Assembly: GCA_963796055.1 (NCBI GenBank)
Contig: CAWCKH010000004.1
Span: 2,240,001 to 2,304,000, forward strand
Length of the DNA: 64,000 nt
From: an uncultured delta proteobacterium
Lineage (GTDB): Bacteria; Myxococcota; Myxococcia; Myxococcales; Myxococcaceae
Direction: 5' to 3'
In this document: piece by piece, positions 47,269 to 58,891 of the stretch
Layout: the number at the start of each line of letters is the position of its first letter
Numbering within the stretch: position 1 is the stretch's first letter
Notes under the pieces: model-generated
Told to the model about the DNA's origin: nothing
The model's input: only the letters and a program-made list of their open reading frames with translations
Databases searched by the model: none
Position numbers and translations under genes: made by a program

Positions 47269-47874
47269 ATGGACGAGATCATCGACAAGGTCCTGAAGGC
47301 GCCTCCCCTGCAGCGGTGGGGCGGGCTGGCCGGCATCCTGGTGCTGCTCACCATCGCCAACTTCTTCCTGATGGTGCGCCCGGAGCTGGACGCCCTCGAG
47401 CGGCAGGCGTCGCAGCAGCGACAGCTCGACTCGCAGCTTCAGGAAAAGTCCGAGATCGCCCAGAACCTCAACGAGCGGCGCCGGGAGATGGACGTCCTCC
47501 AGCAGAAGCTGGACGAGGCTCTCTCCGAGCTGCCCGAGGCGGCAGACCTGGACGAGCTGCTGGCACAGCTGAACGAGATCGGCCGAAAGAGCGGACTGGA
47601 GATCTCCACGGTCGAGCCCGCGCCCGAGGAACCGGCGCAGATCTACGTGAAGATCCCGATCAAGATGGCGCTCACCGGCAACTACCACGAGATCGCCATG
47701 TTCCTGCAGTCGCTCTCGAACCTGCGGCGCATCGTCAACGTGAACAACATCCAGCTCGGGTCGCCCACGCTGAAGTCGGAGAAGGTCGTCCTCAGCACTT
47801 CCTTCGTGGCCACCACCTTCCGCTTCCTTGACCCCAAGGCTGCGGGCGACAAGAAGAAGGCGACTCCCCGATGA
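47269..47874 (+). CDS. pilO: PilO
   Basis: TM, coiled coil, LPxxADLDELL and GNYHEIAMF...LRRIVNV. Confidence 0.93.
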   Translation: MDEIIDKVLKAPPLQRWGGLAGILVLLTIANFFLMVRPELDALERQASQQRQLDSQLQEKSEIAQNLNERRREMDVLQQKLDEALSELPEAADLDELLAQLNEIGRKSGLEISTVEPAPEEPAQIYVKIPIKMALTGNYHEIAMFLQSLSNLRRIVNVNNIQLGSPTLKSEKVVLSTSFVATTFRFLDPKAAGDKKKATPR

Positions 47875-48431
47875 GCTCGCGCGCCACGCTTCCACTGGGC
47901 TGCGCGCTGGGGCTCCTGGCCCTGGCAGCGGCGTGCGGCGGAACCTCCTCGGCTCCTCCTCCTGCTGCTCAGGCCGGCGCCAAGGCCGCGGTCGCCAAGC
48001 CGCCTCCGCCCCAGGAAGCCGTGGCACCGGGCGCGCCGGTCTACGTGTACAACCCGGTCGGGAAGCGGGATCCCTTCCGCAGCCCCGAGAGCGAGCCCGC
48101 GGCGCAAGCGGCCCTGGCCAACACCGCCTGCACCGAGCCGCTGTGCCGGTTCGACCTGGACCAGCTCACGCTGGTGGCGGTGGTGAGCGGCGATGCGAAC
48201 CCCCTGGCGATGGTCCAGGACCCACAGGGCCGAGGGTACTTCGTGCGCCGCAACACCCGCGTGGGGCGGCAGGGCGGGAAGGTCACGCAGATCATGAGCG
48301 ACGCAGTGGTGGTCACCGAGTACTTCACCACCCCCGACGGCAAGACGACCGCCAACCCGGTCACCCTGGCCATCAAGTCCGAGAAGATCCCCGAGCAGGA
48401 GACCGACCTGGCGACGGGGAAGACCTATTGA
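47871..48431 (+). CDS. pilP: PilP lipoprotein
   Basis: LAAAC lipobox, YNPVGKRDPF and PLCRFDLDQL. Confidence 0.92.
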   Translation: MSSRATLPLGCALGLLALAAACGGTSSAPPPAAQAGAKAAVAKPPPPQEAVAPGAPVYVYNPVGKRDPFRSPESEPAAQAALANTACTEPLCRFDLDQLTLVAVVSGDANPLAMVQDPQGRGYFVRRNTRVGRQGGKVTQIMSDAVVVTEYFTTPDGKTTANPVTLAIKSEKIPEQETDLATGKTY

Positions 48432-48453
48432 GGCCCGAGCGGAGAGCCCTGTG

Positions 48454-51173
48454 ATGCGCACCCAGAGCGCAGTGACCCTGATCGGCTGGCTGGCGGTGAC
48501 CACCGCAGTGCCATCCGTTGCCGCCGAGCCCAACGTGCTCCGTGAGGTGCGGCTGGAGGCCACCTCCTCCGGGGCACGGGTGGTGGTGACCGGCAGCCGC
48601 CCGCCCGTCTTCACCGTCTTCCGGCTCGGGGGCCCGGACCGGCTGGTGGTGGACGTGACCTCGGCGGACGCGACCGCCGTCCGTGGTGCCCGCGAGGGGC
48701 GCGGGCCCATCGGCGGCATCAACGTGTCGCAGTTCACCGATTCCTCCAGCAGCGTGGGCCGCGTGCTGGTCACGCTCCGGGAGGCGAAGAGCTACGACGT
48801 CAAGGCGGAGGGAAACGTCTTGCTGATCTCCGTCCTCGGACAGGGCGCGGCGTCCGCCCCCCTTGCCGGGACGGCGCCGCCGCCCGCGCCGGCAGGAGCT
48901 GCAACGCCGGTACCGGCTGCCGCAGTGGCACCGGGGGCGTCCAGCCCGCCTCCGGCCGGCAACGGCGCGGACGTGGTCTCGGTCGCTCGCGAGTCCCGCC
49001 AGGTGAAGAGCCCGGCCCGGCGACTCACCGCGATGCGGGCCCAGGGAGACTCCCTCCAGCTCTCGTTCGACGGCGAGGTTCGCGGCTACGAGCTGCTCCG
49101 GCTCACCCAGCCGAACCGCCTGGCGCTGGACGTGACCGGGGTGAAGCTCTCCACTCCGGTCCGCAAGGCGGCCGGTGGACCGTTCTCCACGCTCCGAGCC
49201 GGGTCCCACCCGGACAAGGTGCGGCTGGTGGTCGAGGCCGATGCCGTGCTCGAGGGGCGGGTGAGCTTCACCCGGAACGGGCTCCGCTGGACCGTCTCCG
49301 TCCCGTCCCCCTCCGCCGTCGCCGCCGTGTCCGCGCCCGCCGCCGCGCCAGGGCACGCCAAGACCGATCTCCAGGACGGCGAGGTGGAGATCGACGGGCG
49401 CCGGGTGGTCACTGCCCCCGGGCCGACCCAGAGCGTGGCGGAGATGCTCGATCTGGGCTTCGTCGAGTCGTCACGAGGGGGCCGGATCCAGATCAAGCTC
49501 AGCCGCGCCGCCCAGTTCCAGGTGGAGCGCCCGGACGACCGCGGGGCGATCCTGCTCCTCAGCGGCGTGAAGCTCCCCAAGCGCCTCGAGCGCAGCCTGG
49601 ACACCTCGGCGCTGGAGACGCCGATCAAGATGATCAGCACCTTCGCGGTCCCGGGCGATGCCCAGCGGGTGCGGGTGGTGGTCGCCGCCGATGGGGCGCT
49701 CAACGAGCGCGCGGAGCGCACCGCCGACGGTCTGGTCTGGTACCTGGAGGCCAAGGGAACCAAGACCGAGGAGGTCGCGGTCTCCAACCGGTCGGCGGGC
49801 TTCACCACCGAGCCCTCGGTGGTGGCCGCGCAGACCGCCACCGGCCGCACCCGCTACGTGGGCAAGAAGGTCTCCTTCGAGTTCAAGGACATCGACATCC
49901 ACAACCTGCTCCGGGTCATCGCCGAGGTGAGCAAGAAGAACATCGTGGTCGCCGACGACGTGACCGGGAAGATCACCATCCGTCTCCGGAACGTCCCCTG
50001 GGACCAGGCGCTGGACATCATCCTGTCGAGCAAGGGCCTGGGGAAGGAGGAGGTCGGTGACATCATCCGGGTGGCGCCGCTGAAGACGCTGGAGGAGGAG
50101 GCCCGCTCGCGCGAGGAGCGCAAGAAGGCCCTGCGCCGCCAGGAGGACCTGGTGGTGCAGCTGATCCCCGTCAACTACGCCGCAGCCAGCGAAATGTCCT
50201 CCCGGGTGAAGGACGTGCTCAGCGAGCGTGGCACGGTTGCGGTGGACTCGCGCACCAACACCCTGGTGGTCCGGGACATCGGGAGCAACATCGGGAAGGC
50301 GCGGGCGCTGGTCGAGAAGCTCGACACCATCACCCCTCAGGTTCTCATCGAGAGCCGGATCGTCGAGGCCAGCACCAGCTTCTCGCGATCGATCGGTGTT
50401 CAGTGGGGCGGCTTCGGACAGGCCGCCCCCGCCACCGGCAACGCCACCGGCCTGAGCTTCCCCAACACCGTCCGGGTGACCGGCGGCTCGGACCTCGGCA
50501 CGGCGTCGGCCACGGGCGTCTCCGGCGCCACCCAACTTCGCGGTCAACCTGCCCGGCCGCGGTGGGCGCCGGTGCCGGCGGTGCGCTCGGGCTCACCTTC
50601 GGTTCGGCGAACGGGGCGTTGAATCTGAATCTCCGGCTCTCGGCGGCGGAGAGCAACGGCACGATCAAGACCATCAGCGCGCCCAAGGTCACCACCTTGC
50701 AGAACCAGAAGGCCACCATCAGCCAGGGCGTGTCCATTCCCTTCAGCCAGGTGTCCGCGCAGGGCGTGAACACCACCTTCGTCGAGGCCCGGCTCCAGCT
50801 CGACGTCACGCCGCACATCACCTCGGACGGCAGCGTGCTGATGGCGATCAAGGCGACCAACAACCAGCCCGACCCGTCCAATACCGGCGCCAATGGTCAG
50901 CCCGCCATCCAGAAGAAGGAGGCGGAGACCCAGGTCCTGGTGAAGGATGGCGACACGACCGTCATCGGCGGCATCTACGTCCGGCGCGGCTCGACCAACG
51001 AGGCCGGTGTCCCCTGGCTGATGAAGATCCCCATCCTGGGCTTCTTCTTCAAGACCAACACCGTCTCGGAGAACCGGCAGGAGCTGCTGATCTTCATCAC
51101 CCCGCGCATCGTGACCCAAGCGGGGGCCCGCCCGGTCGCGTCGGCGAGCGCCGCCCCTGGAGGCAACCCATGA
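48454..51173 (+). CDS. pilQ: Secretin PilQ with AMIN domains (two +1 frameshifts at about 50530-50556)
   Basis: PDRLVVD and PNRLALD AMIN motifs, NVPWDQAL, QVLIESRIVEA, and in a later frame VPWLMKIPILGFFF and ELLIFITPRI. Confidence 0.95.
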
Positions 51174-51867
51174 GTCGTCGAATGGCTGTCCCGCCGCTTC
51201 TGCTGGCGGTCTCGGCCGGCCTGCTGCTCTCAGGCTGCTCGGCCGATCCACTGAACATCATCATCCTCAACGCCCGAGCGCCGGGGGACAAGTGCGACTT
51301 CAATGACGCCACGCTGTACACGATGCGTGGAACCCTCGACTTCCGCCCATGGCAGGATGCGGGTGGCAACACCGGGGTCAGCGAGCTACTACTTCCAGCA
51401 ATTCTCCTGGGAGAACCAGCTCCAGGCGCAGCCCATCACCGTGAACGGTCAGGTGGTCGATCCGGGCGGCGGCAACGATTTCATCGCCGACACCATCGTC
51501 TACGAGTACCAGTACTCGGATCCGAACGTCGCCCTCGCCTCGGAGACCCAGAACGTCCGGGCGGTCATCGGCGCGGGAGGGACGGCCGGACAAGAACCGG
51601 ATGAACGCCGACCTGATCCAGCCCCAGGCCGCCGCGGCCCTGAATGGCTCGCTGGGGCCCGCCGGGCAAACGCTCTTGGTCACCTTCCAGGTCTTCGGGA
51701 AGGTGGCCTCCGGCAGCTCCAAGCACAGCAACCAGGTCTCGTTCCCGCTGACCGTCTACAAGAGCGACACCACCACGCTGGTCTGTCCCACCGGGACCAT
51801 CCTCGCCACGGGACCTTGCAACGTGCCTGGGCGTGACGCACCGGTGCAGTGCATCCCGTCTTCATAG
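51170..51867 (+). CDS. Hypothetical Cys-containing lipoprotein after pilQ (frameshifts near 51378 and 51590)
   Basis: LLSGC lipobox and ATGA overlap with pilQ. Coding-like codon usage continues through three successive frames to VQCIPSS. Confidence 0.7.
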
Positions 51868-51879
51868 CCTCCGCGCACG

Positions 51880-52242
51880 ATGGCCTTCCTTCCCCTCCTC
51901 GAGGAAGTGGTCCGCTCGGTGGACGGGGCCCTGGCCTGCTCGGTCATGGGCTTCGACGGCATCGCGGTGGAGAACTTCCAGGTGGACGGCGCCTCGGACC
52001 TGGACGTGCAGTCCACTCTGATCGAGTACGCGGCGGTGCTCGGGCAGGTGAAGAACGCCGCCCAGCTGCTCAAGACCGGAGCAGTCAACGAGGTGAGCAT
52101 CAACTCCGACCAGGTGCTGACCGTCATGCGCCTGGTCACCGACGAGTACTTCGTCGTCCTCGCCCTCAAGGCCTCCGGCAACTACGGCAAGGGCCGGTAC
52201 GCGCTGCGGATCGCCGCACCGCGCATCCGCGCCGAGCTGTAG
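51880..52242 (+). CDS. mglC: Roadblock/LC7 protein, MglC-like
   Basis: 120 aa; [15 protein letters not shown] and [10 protein letters not shown]. Position between pilQ and efp matches M. xanthus mglC as I recall it. Confidence 0.85.
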   Translation: MAFLPLLEEVVRSVDGALACSVMGFDGIAVENFQVDGASDLDVQSTLIEYAAVLGQVKNAAQLLKTGAVNEVSINSDQVLTVMRLVTDEYFVVLALKASGNYGKGRYALRIAAPRIRAEL

Positions 52243-52301
52243 CGCTCCGGGATCTGTAGGCCCTTCCCAGCCGGGCGGCCTCGGGGTAAGGGGCACCGGC
52301 C

Positions 52302-52877
52302 ATGGCCGGTGTCATCGATACGTCCGAGTTCCGCAAGGGCCTGAAGATCGAGGTCGACGGAGAGCCCTTCGAGATCATCGAGTTCCAGCACGTGAAGCCC
52401 GGCAAGGGCTCGGCGTTCGTGCGGACCAGCATCAAAAGTCTCTTGTCCGGCCGGGTGCTGCAGCCCACCTTCAAGAGCGGCGACAAGGTGGGCAAGCCGG
52501 ACATCGAGGAACGGCAGATGCAGTACCTCTACCAGCAGGGCGACGACTATTACTTCATGGACACCCGGAACTACGAGCAGACCTTCCTGGGGGAGAAGGT
52601 GCTCGGCGAGTCGCGCAACTACCTCAAGGAGAACATCGAGGCCTCGGTGCTCTTCTACAATGGCAAGGCGATCGGGGTGTCGCTGCCCAACTCGGTGGAC
52701 CTCCGGGTCACCAAGTGCGACCCGGGCATCCGCGGCGACACGGTGAGCGGCGCCACCAAGCCCGCGGAGCTCGAGACCGGCTACGTGGTCAACGTCCCCC
52801 TGTTCATCAACGAGGGCGACGTGCTGAAGATCGACACCCGCGACGGCAAGTACCTCACCCGCGTGGCCGCCGCCTGA
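52302..52877 (+). CDS. efp: Translation elongation factor P
   Basis: [17 protein letters not shown] and [13 protein letters not shown]. Confidence 0.98.
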   Translation: MAGVIDTSEFRKGLKIEVDGEPFEIIEFQHVKPGKGSAFVRTSIKSLLSGRVLQPTFKSGDKVGKPDIEERQMQYLYQQGDDYYFMDTRNYEQTFLGEKVLGESRNYLKENIEASVLFYNGKAIGVSLPNSVDLRVTKCDPGIRGDTVSGATKPAELETGYVVNVPLFINEGDVLKIDTRDGKYLTRVAAA

Positions 52878-52879
52878 CC

Positions 52880-53440
<561 letters not shown>

Positions 53441-53445
53441 GCCCG

Positions 53446-54832
<1,387 letters not shown>

Positions 54833-54869
54833 CCCCCCGGACTCTCTGAGGAACGCCTCGGCACGTTCC

Positions 54870-54899
54870 TTGACGGTCGCGCGTCCGCCACGCTACCGT
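54870..54899 (+). promoter_or_regulatory. Candidate sigma70 promoter for sgmX
   Basis: TTGACG-N18-TACCGT about 70 bp before the ATG. Confidence 0.45.
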
Positions 54900-54968
54900 C
54901 CGAGGTGGAGACTCCCCGGCTTGCCTTGGTCCCGACCCCCCTCGGGACTGCGGCGCCGGTGCGCGTCG

Positions 54969-57956
54969 ATGGACAAGACCAAGATCATCGAGGGCGCGGC
55001 CAAGCTCGTCGCCAAGGGAGCCTTCGACAAGGCCATCCGCGAGTACCAGAAGGTGCTCGACCTCGATCCGCGCGACGTCCGCACGCTGCAGAAGATGGGC
55101 GAGCTGTACCAGAAGAAGGGCGACAACCCGCAGGCCGCCTCCTTCTTCACCCGCGTCGCCGAGGTGTACGCCCAGGACGGGTTCTTCCTGAAGGCGGTGG
55201 CCCTCTACAAGCAGGTCCTCAAGCTCAACCCGGACCTGGTCGAGGTGAACGTCAAGCTGGCCGAGCTGCACCAGCACCTCGGCCTGATGACCGAGGCGAT
55301 GGCCTTCTTCCAGGTGGTGGTCGCCCACCACGAGCGGAAGGGCGACTCGAAGGCCACCTTCGCCACCCTGAAGAAGATGGTGGACCTGGACCCGGAGAAC
55401 GTCTCCAGCCGCCTCAAGCTCGCCGAGCTCTACGCCCGCGAGCAGATGGGCGGAGAGGCGCTGGCGGAGTTCAAGCGCGCCGCCGACTGGCTGGAGCGCA
55501 ACAACCGCCCCGACGAGCGGCTCCGGGTCCTGGAGCGCATCGCTGCGCTCGAGCCGGACAACGTGCAGCTCGCCCGGAGCCTGGCCCACGACTACCTGGC
55601 GCGGGGAGACCACAAGCGCGCCCTGGCCAAGCTGCAGCTGTGCTTCAAGGCCGATCCGCGCGACATCCCCACCCTGGTCCTGCTCGCGCAGGCGTTCACC
55701 GCGCTCAACCACACCAGCAAGACGCTGAGCGTCTACAAGGAGCTGGCCAAGCTCCACGCCGAGCGCAACCAGCACGCCGAGTCGCGCGAGGCCTGGGGGA
55801 AGATCGAGCGGATCGACCCCTCCGATCCGGACCTCCTGGCGTGGAAGGCGAGCCACCGGCCGGCGCCCGCCCCGCAGCCCGCGGCGCCCCGCCCGGCGCG
55901 CACCTCGGTGTCCCAGGCCATCGCCGCGGTCCAGGCAGCCCAGCCCCCTCCGCCTCCGCCACAGCCCACTCCGGTGCCGGTGACGCTCAGCCGCGATCAG
56001 ATCCACAAGCTGCTCGCCGAGACCGACGTCTACGTGAAGTACGGGCTGCACGACAAGGCGCTGGAACACCTGCGTCGCATCTTCGCCGTCGATCCCGAGA
56101 ACCTCGACGCGCACGAGAAGGCGTACGTCATCTACCGCTCGGCGGGGCAGGGGGCGCAGGCCACCGAGCAGCTACTCAACGTGCTCCGGCTGTGCACCCG
56201 AGGCCTGGAACGGAAGCGCGCCCAGCCGTACCTGGACACCTTGCTCTCCGAGGCGCCCGGCCACCCGGAGATGCCGGCCTTCCTCGCCGTGCTCCGTCCC
56301 GAGTCGGTGCGGGGTCGGCCGGATCCGGCGCTGGTGGGCGCCGGCGACGACGAGGAGGTGCTCCTCGCCGAAGACGGCCTGGACAGCTCCTCCGACGACC
56401 TGGCGCTGAGGAACGCCACCCCGGGCGGGGACGACGAGCTGCTCGCCGAGGACGACGAGGCGATGCTGGTGGACGAGCCCGAGCCGATGTCCGCCGCCGC
56501 CGACGAGCCGCTCGCGCCGCGTCACGGGCCCGGGGTGCTGGTGCCGCCGCCGCCCGGCGTGGAGGACTACGGCGACGCGATGCCCTACGGAGAGGGGGGC
56601 GCCGACCGCACCGAGATGAACGATGCGCTCGGCCCCTACGAGGCGGGCGTCGAGAGCGCCGTGGAGCTGCCTCCGGACGAGGAGGTGGTGCTCACCCCTG
56701 CGCCGCCCCGGGCCCCGCCTTCGCGCCCGGCTCCCGTCGCCCGGGCGACCCCGCCCGCTCCACCCCCTGCGGCCGCCGCGCGGACTGCATGGACCCAGGC
56801 CGCGTACAAGCGTCCCGCGCCCGCCACTGCGCCCCCGGCTCCCTCGGCCCCCGCGGCCCGTGCCCTTCCCACGGCTACGAACGGCGTGGTCGCCCGTTCC
56901 CCTGCACCTGCTGGAACCAACGGTTTGTTCAGCCGCGCTGCGCCCGCATCGGTCGTGGTGCCGCCGCCGCCCGCCCCGGTCCGGCCCCCGCCTCCTCCAG
57001 TCGAGCGCGCGCCGGCCCGGGTTCCGGGCAGGACCAGCCCCGAGGAGAGTGGGCCGGTCAGCGAGGAGCTGAACGAGGCGGGCTTCTTCCTCGACCAGGG
57101 GCTGCTCGCCGAGGCACGCGAGGTGCTGGACACCGTGGAGCTGGTCCGCCCCGGCCTCCCCCGGACGGCGGCGCTGCGTGACCGGCTGGCCGCGCTCGAG
57201 GCGGCGAGGACCGCGCAGCCCTCCACCCCCACGCCGCCGCCCGCGCCCCGGGCCGCTCCCCCGGGCGTCGAGGCGGTTCCGCTGCACAGCGGCTCGTACA
57301 ACCTCGCCGAGGAGCTGGCGGACGAGCTCCAGGAGCTCGGCCCTGCCCCGGAGGAGGAGCCGCCGGCCGCGGCGGGGGGCGACCTCCAGTACTCGGTGGA
57401 GGAGGTGTTCACCGAGTTCAAGAAGGGGCTGGAGCGTGTCGTGCAGAGCACCGACGTCGACACCCACTACGACCTGGGCATCGCCTACAAGGAGATGGGG
57501 TTGCTCGACGACGCGGTGCAGGTCTTCGAGGTCGCCCGCCAGGGGTGCCAGGGGCAGCCGAAGGAGGTGGACTGCCTCACCATGATCGGCCTGCTCCACG
57601 GCATGCGCGGCGAGCCCGAGCGGGCGGTGGCCTCGTTCCGCGAGGCACTGGCCATCCCCCACGCGGGCCCACGGGAGGTGAGCCTGCGCTACGAGCTCGG
57701 CCTGGCGCACGAGGCAGCGGGCGCCGCCGGAAAGGCGCTGGGGCAGTTCCTGGCGGTGCAGAAGGCCGAGCCCGGCCACCGCGACGTCGCGGACCGAGTG
57801 CGCAGGCTGTCGGCCACGGCGCGCCCCGAAGATGACGGACCCCTGCGACCCACCGCCGCCGCGCCCGCTTCCGGCCGGCCGGCGCCCACCCGGCCGTCCC
57901 CACCCGAGCCTGCGCCGACGGTGCCGGCGAAGACTCGCAAGGTGGGGTACTTGTAG
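54969..57956 (+). CDS. sgmX: Large TPR protein SgmX (T4aP activator)
   Basis: MDKTKIIE start, N-terminal TPR array, Pro/acidic linker, THYDLGIAYKEMGL C-terminal TPRs and RKVGYL end. Follows accC. Confidence 0.85.
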   Translation: MDKTKIIEGAAKLVAKGAFDKAIREYQKVLDLDPRDVRTLQKMGELYQKKGDNPQAASFFTRVAEVYAQDGFFLKAVALYKQVLKLNPDLVEVNVKLAELHQHLGLMTEAMAFFQVVVAHHERKGDSKATFATLKKMVDLDPENVSSRLKLAELYAREQMGGEALAEFKRAADWLERNNRPDERLRVLERIAALEPDNVQLARSLAHDYLARGDHKRALAKLQLCFKADPRDIPTLVLLAQAFTALNHTSKTLSVYKELAKLHAERNQHAESREAWGKIERIDPSDPDLLAWKASHRPAPAPQPAAPRPARTSVSQAIAAVQAAQPPPPPPQPTPVPVTLSRDQIHKLLAETDVYVKYGLHDKALEHLRRIFAVDPENLDAHEKAYVIYRSAGQGAQATEQLLNVLRLCTRGLERKRAQPYLDTLLSEAPGHPEMPAFLAVLRPESVRGRPDPALVGAGDDEEVLLAEDGLDSSSDDLALRNATPGGDDELLAEDDEAMLVDEPEPMSAAADEPLAPRHGPGVLVPPPPGVEDYGDAMPYGEGGADRTEMNDALGPYEAGVESAVELPPDEEVVLTPAPPRAPPSRPAPVARATPPAPPPAAAARTAWTQAAYKRPAPATAPPAPSAPAARALPTATNGVVARSPAPAGTNGLFSRAAPASVVVPPPPAPVRPPPPPVERAPARVPGRTSPEESGPVSEELNEAGFFLDQGLLAEAREVLDTVELVRPGLPRTAALRDRLAALEAARTAQPSTPTPPPAPRAAPPGVEAVPLHSGSYNLAEELADELQELGPAPEEEPPAAAGGDLQYSVEEVFTEFKKGLERVVQSTDVDTHYDLGIAYKEMGLLDDAVQVFEVARQGCQGQPKEVDCLTMIGLLHGMRGEPERAVASFREALAIPHAGPREVSLRYELGLAHEAAGAAGKALGQFLAVQKAEPGHRDVADRVRRLSATARPEDDGPLRPTAAAPASGRPAPTRPSPPEPAPTVPAKTRKVGYL

Positions 57957-57972
57957 AAGGCCCCCTTCGACG

Positions 57973-58887
57973 ATGAGCTACCTGGAACACTTCGGACTGA
58001 CCGAGGAGCCCTTCTCCAACGCGCCGGTCAGCCGCTTCTACTTCGAGTCACCCCAGCATCAGCAGGCGCTGGTCCGCCTCACCCACGCCGTCTCGCGCAT
58101 GCGCGGACTCTCGGTGCTGGTGGGGGACATCGGCGCGGGGAAGACGACGCTGGCGCGGCGGCTGCTCGATGCTCTGCCCGAGGAGGAGTACGAGGCGGCG
58201 CTGTTCGTCATCATCCACTCCGGGGTCACCGCCTCCTGGCTGCTCCGGCGCATCGCGCTCCAGCTCGGTGTGGAGAACCCCGCGCAGGAGAAGCTCGCGC
58301 TCCTCAGCCAGCTCTACCAGCGGCTGGTTCAGATCCACGAGCAGGGCCGGAAGGCGGTGGTTCTCATCGACGAGGCCCAGATGCTCGAGACCCGCGAGCT
58401 GATGGAGGAGTTCCGCGGTCTGCTCAACCTCGAGGTGCCGGAGCGAAAGCTGATCTCCTTCGTCTTCTTCGGGCTGCCGGAGATCGAGCGCAACCTCCGT
58501 CTGGACCCCCCGCTGGCGCAGCGGGTGGCGATGCGCTACCGGCTCGAGCCCCTGAACGCGGAGAGCACGCGCTCCTACATCGAGCACCGCCTCCGCACCG
58601 CCGGCGGCATCAGCAATCCGTTCACCCCGGAGGCGATCGAGGTGCTCCACCGGCTGTCCGGCGGCTCGCCGCGCATCATCAACACCCTCTGTGACAACGC
58701 GCTCTTCGAGGCCTACCTGGGGCAGCAGACGACGGTGGACGCCCCGCGCATCGAGGAGATTGCCCGGAACCTCGCGCTCGCCGCGGTGGAGGCGCCCGGC
58801 GGCAACGGCACTCGGGCCCTCGCGGCCCCGGCCGGAAACGTGGATCTCTCCGAGGTGGACCGCTACCTCGAGAGCCTGAAGAGCTAG
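57973..58887 (+). CDS. ExeA/GspA-family AAA ATPase
   Basis: YLEHFGLTEEPFS, GDIGAGKTT, VLIDEAQ and GSPRIINTLCDNAL. Confidence 0.92.
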   Translation: MSYLEHFGLTEEPFSNAPVSRFYFESPQHQQALVRLTHAVSRMRGLSVLVGDIGAGKTTLARRLLDALPEEEYEAALFVIIHSGVTASWLLRRIALQLGVENPAQEKLALLSQLYQRLVQIHEQGRKAVVLIDEAQMLETRELMEEFRGLLNLEVPERKLISFVFFGLPEIERNLRLDPPLAQRVAMRYRLEPLNAESTRSYIEHRLRTAGGISNPFTPEAIEVLHRLSGGSPRIINTLCDNALFEAYLGQQTTVDAPRIEEIARNLALAAVEAPGGNGTRALAAPAGNVDLSEVDRYLESLKS

Positions 58888-58891
58888 CGCC

